A stretch of 64,000 nucleotides of DNA from a virus. The notes under the pieces were generated by a model that saw nothing but the letters and a program-made list of their open reading frames with translations, was not told where the DNA came from and searched no databases. The stretch is from IMG/VR virus record IMGVR_UViG_3300028874_000370, positions 38,154 to 102,153 of that record; one strand, given 5' to 3'. Made by a program: the position numbers and the translations under genes. How positions within the stretch are numbered: the stretch's first letter is position 1; each line of letters begins with the position of its first letter. Shown in pieces: positions 59,016 through 64,000 of this stretch.

Positions 59016-59041
59016 TTCTAGATAAACATATTTATCTAGAA
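59016..59041 (-). promoter_or_regulatory. hairpin containing GATAAATA late-promoter variant
   Basis: ttctagataaa-cata-tttatctagaa. Confidence 0.45.
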
Positions 59042-59104
59042 ACCCATAAAGGATCACAATGACATTCACTTACTTAATTTGAGATACGCTGAGTTGGAGA
59101 AACG

Positions 59105-59134
59105 AAAAAAGGAACCTTTCGAGGTTCCTTTTTT
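59105..59134. terminator. bidirectional terminator
   Basis: aaaaaaggaacctttcgaggttcctttttt. Confidence 0.8.
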
Positions 59135-59149
59135 CCTGGTGACATCCCG

Positions 59150-59722
59150 TTATACTGCCGGGTTGTGCTTATAGGTTTTCGTTTCTTTGTTCTTCAGAAT
59201 CGGCATTTGGAACCGGTCGCTGGGTGAACGAATGATCGAAATGTACTGGTGAGCCATACCATCAGTTAGTGGATCTTTTTCTTTACTACAGACTTCCATG
59301 AGTTCCTTGATGGTCCATTCTTTGTAGTCACCGCTTTCGGTACGTTGACGGAATGCTGCAGCCATCCGTTGGAGCTTCGAATCACGGATCTTCGGTTTGC
59401 TTTCCGGAAGTGCTGCGGCGACTTCGACGATCTTTTCTTCTTCCTTGATGTCCAGAAGGATCAGCTTTTCGAGATCAGATGCTTCCATGGCGGCGAAGAC
59501 CTTTTCAGCGCTTTGCAGCTTGGAAGTCTTGAACACATTCTTCGTTTCACCAGTCACATTGTTATACAGTTCAGTAAGCTGGGCATTCGAGAAGACATGC
59601 AGATCTTCAGCTTTGGCAATGATGATCTGGTCGTTGCCAAAGAGATCGATATTCTTGACATTGGACACAACACCAATAATGGCACGAGTCACTTGGCTTA
59701 CAACGAAAGTGGTCTTCGACAT
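59150..59722 (-). CDS. early protein with putative winged-helix-like domain
   Basis: shares RDSKLQR...YISI.RS..DRF with 59815-60186; promoter TGTACA-N17-TAAAGT (59807-59779); AGGAG RBS. Confidence 0.7.
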   Translation of the reverse strand: MSKTTFVVSQVTRAIIGVVSNVKNIDLFGNDQIIIAKAEDLHVFSNAQLTELYNNVTGETKNVFKTSKLQSAEKVFAAMEASDLEKLILLDIKEEEKIVEVAAALPESKPKIRDSKLQRMAAAFRQRTESGDYKEWTIKELMEVCSKEKDPLTDGMAHQYISIIRSPSDRFQMPILKNKETKTYKHNPAV

Positions 59723-59814
59723 TTTAATTCTCCTGAAAGTTTAACTTCGTAAGTTTAATTCGTTTGGATCATGTAACTACTTTAACTTGTTTTTTAGAAC
59801 TTGTACAATGCTTT

Positions 59815-60186
59815 TTAAACCTTGTTCAAAAATTCAATGATCTTTGCATCTGCTTTTTTGGAAGCCATTTTGAACTGGCTGATGACAGTATCAAGGCCTG
59901 TTTCTTCCATCAAGACATGAAGCAGCGCAACTTTGTCTTGGTTGTTCAGTGCTTCCAAGGATGGAAGCGGACGATATTGGAAGCATCCGTCATGCTTGAC
60001 AATACGCATCTTAAACCGATCGTGTTCACTTCTGAGAATCGATATATACATATTCGCCATCATCTGATTTCCGACAATTTCGACAAGTTCATCGAAGGTC
60101 CATTTCTTGTATTCACCATCAGCCAATTGGTGACGGAAGGCTTGGGACAGGCGTTGAAGTTTGGAATCACGAACTTGGCTGGTCAT
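59815..60186 (-). CDS. early protein, paralog of 59150-59722
   Basis: same domain at the N-terminus; promoter GTTTAC-N17-TATAAT (60247-60219); GGAG RBS. Confidence 0.7.
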   Translation of the reverse strand: MTSQVRDSKLQRLSQAFRHQLADGEYKKWTFDELVEIVGNQMMANMYISILRSEHDRFKMRIVKHDGCFQYRPLPSLEALNNQDKVALLHVLMEETGLDTVISQFKMASKKADAKIIEFLNKV

Positions 60187-60359
60187 GGTGTTTCTCCGTT
60201 TAGTTTGTCGATAGATCCATTATATCAAGTCCTGGAAAAAAGTAAACTTTAATTTTCAAGATTATTAAAGAATTTTCTGGATATGGAATACACAACAATT
60301 TTTATATTGTACAGAGAACCAAGGTCATTGTAAATTGGATTTTAGTGATGATAGAAAAC

Positions 60360-60392
60360 AAAATAGGATCTCAAATTTGAGATCCTATTTTT
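60360..60392. terminator. bidirectional terminator
   Basis: aaaataggatctcaaatttgagatcctattttt. Confidence 0.7.
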
Positions 60393-60549
60393 TCATAAAA
60401 CATTATTGATTGGCGCGTATACAATATACTTGGGCTTCATCGCACCACCAATCAACCAACCAACCAACCTATCACTGCAAAAATCTGGGTGGCCGTACAA
60501 TGAAACAAAAATTCGCATTCGCATTCTAGTATAAAGATTCCTTTTTTGT

Positions 60550-61596
60550 TTACGTAGATTCAACACTATAGCCTTCGTTGTATTTTTCAATGTACCACTT
60601 GCGGGCTTTATTAGAAATTGGTCCACCAAGCTTTTTGACTTCCAATTCAGACGCTACAATAGTGTCATGTTCTTCTTTGACCACATCATTAAAGATCCAA
60701 CGAATGAAATCACCAAGACTAGCCATTTCGAATGGCTTGAGTTGTTCGCGAACAAGATTTTGCAGACCTTGTTCTAGACGAGATTCTGTTACTGACATAT
60801 CAACGAAATCATTGATCGCAGTAATAGCTTCAACATCAACAGCAGCTAGAGTTTTAACCTTAGAAGCAGAATGCTTATCTCCTTTTACTTTAAACCAATA
60901 TTCGGAACTCCACCATCCTGGTTCAACGCACTGCCAGACTATTCCCTCGCCAGTCCCGATGTTACCAAATGCCTTACCCACTGGACATTCATTCTCGACT
61001 GCAGTAGTTAGTTCAATTAGTTGGTTTTGGATCAATTCAGGCTTAGCAAAATCAATTTCAATATCCCATTTAGCAAATCGTAGAATATTAAAAATTTGAT
61101 CTGATTCAACTTCGCAATACTGAATCTTTTCTAGATCAACCCATTTATCATCAATCTTAACAGCAAAGATGACAAACATTTTAGGCAAGCCATTTATAGC
61201 AACGCCGCTTTGAATATTACCACCACACCATTCACCAAAAATTGCAACTTCGGGAATACTATGTTCTAGATGAAACCCACATTCGATAATAATGTCTTCG
61301 ATCAATCGTTTGATAATCGGAAGACGATTTGCCATGAATGCATAAAATCCGGCATTGTCAGTCTCTAAAGAAAGAATTCTCTCACGAGATTGGAATTGTA
61401 GGGTGCCATCTACTTTCTGGATAATCCCGGCATTAGTCCCATGGAGTTTAGTTGTGCCACGGTACTTTAGCGTTGGAAGATCTTTGGTATGGATATACTT
61501 AGGTTTGCCTTCTTCATCAACACCATCATATCGTGTTTGATGCGTTACTTGTTTAATGACATTTCGGAACTGCTCGATACTAGGGAATTTTTTCAT
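60550..61596 (-). CDS. RNA ligase (Rnl2-like nucleotidyltransferase)
   Basis: KLHGTN motif I, QSR, FGEW, GEGIV, FKVK; likely start MKKFPSIEQF. Confidence 0.85.
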   Translation of the reverse strand: MKKFPSIEQFRNVIKQVTHQTRYDGVDEEGKPKYIHTKDLPTLKYRGTTKLHGTNAGIIQKVDGTLQFQSRERILSLETDNAGFYAFMANRLPIIKRLIEDIIIECGFHLEHSIPEVAIFGEWCGGNIQSGVAINGLPKMFVIFAVKIDDKWVDLEKIQYCEVESDQIFNILRFAKWDIEIDFAKPELIQNQLIELTTAVENECPVGKAFGNIGTGEGIVWQCVEPGWWSSEYWFKVKGDKHSASKVKTLAAVDVEAITAINDFVDMSVTESRLEQGLQNLVREQLKPFEMASLGDFIRWIFNDVVKEEHDTIVASELEVKKLGGPISNKARKWYIEKYNEGYSVEST

Positions 61597-61715
61597 TTTA
61601 GTGTATAAGATGTGATACATTTTGGATGAAATGTATAATGTGTGATACATAATTAATAGACACCCTAAAGCCTATTAAGTCAAATAAAGCTTCTTAATAG
61701 ACTAAATAAGATCTA

Positions 61716-61967
61716 TTACGTGGAAATGTTTTTGTCTAGGTAATCACCTAAAAATTCGAGTTCTGTATTGACTCTATATCCAGTAACGTCCAAGCCAGAA
61801 GAAATAAGAATGCCATCAGCATACTCATTTGCTAAATCTGATTTATTGTAGTGGATTCGTTTGTCGGCTAAAAAAGCCATTCTCTTATCATAATAATAAG
61901 TTCGCAACTTTTTTAAATAATCTCTCTGCTCGACTAGTCGGTCGAATCGTTCTTGTGATAGTAGCAT
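61716..61967 (-). CDS. hypothetical protein
   Basis: 83-aa ORF. Confidence 0.6.
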   Translation of the reverse strand: MLLSQERFDRLVEQRDYLKKLRTYYYDKRMAFLADKRIHYNKSDLANEYADGILISSGLDVTGYRVNTELEFLGDYLDKNIST

Positions 61968-61981
61968 TTTTTATTTTTATA

Positions 61982-62014
61982 GAATCAAAAGGCCTAATTT
62001 AGGCCTTTTGATTC
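61982..62014. terminator. terminator hairpin
   Basis: gaatcaaaaggcctaatttaggccttttgattc. Confidence 0.7.
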
Positions 62015-62034
62015 TTGATTACTTGTGTTGCGTA

Positions 62035-62520
62035 TTACTTTTGTGTGGCGCTATACAGAAACTTGGATTGCGAGCTAACTGTATTTTCATCCGTCATCGG
62101 ATTCTTGGAACGATTGATAGGGTTCTTCTTTGCAAAGACCAAATCTTGCAGAGCACCCTGAACTTGAACTCGAGTAATTTGAGGATTCAGAGCATGAACC
62201 TTTTGAAAAACATCGAGACTGTCCGCGGCATCAACAGTTAGAACAGTGCGGACCAGTTTAGCCACACTGATATTCTTCCATGTCCGTTTTGTCATCTTAA
62301 CATTAAAGCCAGGAGCATAGGCAAATTTTGCTTTTCCTTCACCTGAAACCGGGATTTTTACGAGGCCACCAATCTTTGTGATTGTGCTGAGTGTGGTATT
62401 GATAGTATCAGCTGAAGTCCCGGGGCGTTTCTTTGCAACAATAGTGTGGATTTGGTGAGCGCGAAGAGCGCGTTTTGCGTTTGCTACTGCGGTGACAATG
62501 ATGGAATTCAGAGTTTGCAT
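62035..62520 (-). CDS. basic hypothetical protein
   Basis: 161 aa, Lys/Thr-rich, AGGA RBS. Confidence 0.7.
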   Translation of the reverse strand: MQTLNSIIVTAVANAKRALRAHQIHTIVAKKRPGTSADTINTTLSTITKIGGLVKIPVSGEGKAKFAYAPGFNVKMTKRTWKNISVAKLVRTVLTVDAADSLDVFQKVHALNPQITRVQVQGALQDLVFAKKNPINRSKNPMTDENTVSSQSKFLYSATQK

Positions 62521-62677
62521 TTCAGGACTTTCCTATTATTTTAAATTGATGCGGTATTTGAATTACCGTGATGTGCATCATATCATTCAAAAATTGAAAA
62601 GTGCGTTTTATTCACTGGATATTTACATTAGCGAAATGGGAATCTCACGATTCCCATTTCATTAAAAGATAAAGTTT

Positions 62678-64000
62678 TTACATATCGCTTGGACGTGGAA
62701 TTTTCATCTTAGCATTAAATGCTTTTAGTTTATCACTTGCGCTCTTTGCCTTCTTCATAAGCTTATCATCATGCGATGGTGGAGTACCAGCAATACAAAG
62801 ATTATCAATCTCATCACTGTACTTTCTAAATTCATCTTTCAATACAGTAAGTTTACGCATATCAGCATTAGAAATTAAAGAACCAGGAGCCTTGTATTTT
62901 TCTTCTGTTGTTTTAGCTTCACTAACTGCTTCATGACGCCATTTCTTAGAATTTTTAGCAAACTCGGCCATTTTGACGACATGTGGATCATCAGACTTTA
63001 AGCCTTTAGCAATATCTGAATCCGTTAGTTTGTCACCTTCTTTCTTACCAAGCCATTTGTGGAATGCGCCTTTGTCTAAATCTAGATCTAGAGATTCAGA
63101 TTGTTGAGAAGGAGCTTGAGCTGTTCCAGTCTTACCATTCCAGCTTCCAACTAATACGGTTTGGCCTTGTTGGAAAGGCTGTTCACCTTGATACGCTGAG
63201 CATTCAGTATTGTCACCATCAAACCATACTTGTGAACGGCCTTCTGAGCAAGCTGATTTCCACTGGTTGAAGTCAGTATAGTTTTGATCTTCTAAAACAA
63301 GACTTTCTTCAACTGTGTCTGGAGCCTTAACAGCCTTCACTAGCGCATCTACTGCCTTATCAGATGCATCGATAGCTTTAAACACCGGTTTGAATACGGT
63401 TTTAAAACGTCTAACCAAATTCTTAATTACTTTAGAAAGATTTTCTTCCACGCCTTCTTTAAGTTCGCGTTTCACAGAATTAGTAAACAATTTTGGAAGC
63501 TTGGAAAAAACAGTTCTAGCCATAGAGCCCATTTTTCTAAACATATCCATACCAGAAACTTTCTTTACTTGAAGTAAATGTTTTTCTATTTCTGGGTCTG
63601 TTATAACTAAAACATCTCTGAGTTCGCCGGGGTTTGTTACAGTCTCAACAAATGCCAATATTACCCTCTGTTGAGCTTCATTGACCATTTTTAATGTATA
63701 GTCCAGCGCTTCTTTATACTTGACTGTTTTATTTCCTTTTTTCTGAATAAACTCGATAATAACACCGTCAACTACAGTTTTTTTACTATTCATTTGTTTT
63801 AGCATGTCAGCCATATCAGTTTCCAATTCACCAACTCTACTGGATACCGCTTTAGCAATTTTATCTATAACAATAAAATCTTTTTGTAATTGTCTCCATT
63901 CAGCGATAGTCTCTTTGAGAGCATCATCAATTGGATCTTTGCCTTCTTGTAAAATTTGATCAAGAATGCGATTTTCTAAGTCTAAGATCATGTCTGACAT
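62678..64000 (-). CDS. hypothetical protein, possible head-internal protein (may be 5'-truncated by the window edge)
   Basis: 440 aa; several hydrophobic-x-E sites resembling prohead protease cuts (ILQE, LVLE, AVSE). Confidence 0.65.
   Translation of the reverse strand: MSDMILDLENRILDQILQEGKDPIDDALKETIAEWRQLQKDFIVIDKIAKAVSSRVGELETDMADMLKQMNSKKTVVDGVIIEFIQKKGNKTVKYKEALDYTLKMVNEAQQRVILAFVETVTNPGELRDVLVITDPEIEKHLLQVKKVSGMDMFRKMGSMARTVFSKLPKLFTNSVKRELKEGVEENLSKVIKNLVRRFKTVFKPVFKAIDASDKAVDALVKAVKAPDTVEESLVLEDQNYTDFNQWKSACSEGRSQVWFDGDNTECSAYQGEQPFQQGQTVLVGSWNGKTGTAQAPSQQSESLDLDLDKGAFHKWLGKKEGDKLTDSDIAKGLKSDDPHVVKMAEFAKNSKKWRHEAVSEAKTTEEKYKAPGSLISNADMRKLTVLKDEFRKYSDEIDNLCIAGTPPSHDDKLMKKAKSASDKLKAFNAKMKIPRPSDM

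Noticed and set aside
979-63572. Most plus-strand ORFs in the track (e.g. 3978-4484, 19158-19340, 22241-22789, 59764-60252, 60578-61099)
   Set aside because: They are antisense shadows of well-supported minus-strand genes, with no recognisable motifs.
1-64000. Stop-codon reassignment
   Set aside because: Core genes are full length and densely packed under the standard bacterial code.

Overview
64-kb segment of an AT-rich, T4-related jumbo myophage. Nearly every real gene is on the minus strand. In coordinate order it holds: (1) a recombination/replication block (UvsW, UvsY, UvsX, gp32-like SSB); (2) an HD/kinase protein; (3) the large terminase, preceded by two truncated terminase-ATPase paralogs; (4) an accessory region with a ~550-nt highly structured non-coding element, an ADP-ribosyltransferase, a NifV-type homocitrate synthase, a lytic transglycosylase and an AAA+ ATPase; (5) a fibre/depolymerase block with three fibres sharing one N-terminal anchor, a GH8-like protein and a PelA-like hydrolase; (6) further ART-like proteins, a putative small terminase, gp4 and a baseplate/tube-like protein; (7) an 11-gene glycosyltransferase/radical-SAM/methyltransferase operon; (8) tail tube, sheath, gp15, gp14 and gp13; (9) early genes, including an RNA ligase. 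The most notable candidates are stand-alone truncated paralogs of terminase and sheath (possible immune decoys or regulators), T4-CTS-like tagged putative injected effectors including ARTs, the structured RNA, the glycan/radical-SAM operon, a late-promoter-driven nifV, and repeated embedding of TATAAATA late promoters in hairpins. All protein calls come from motif recognition by eye; no database search was run.
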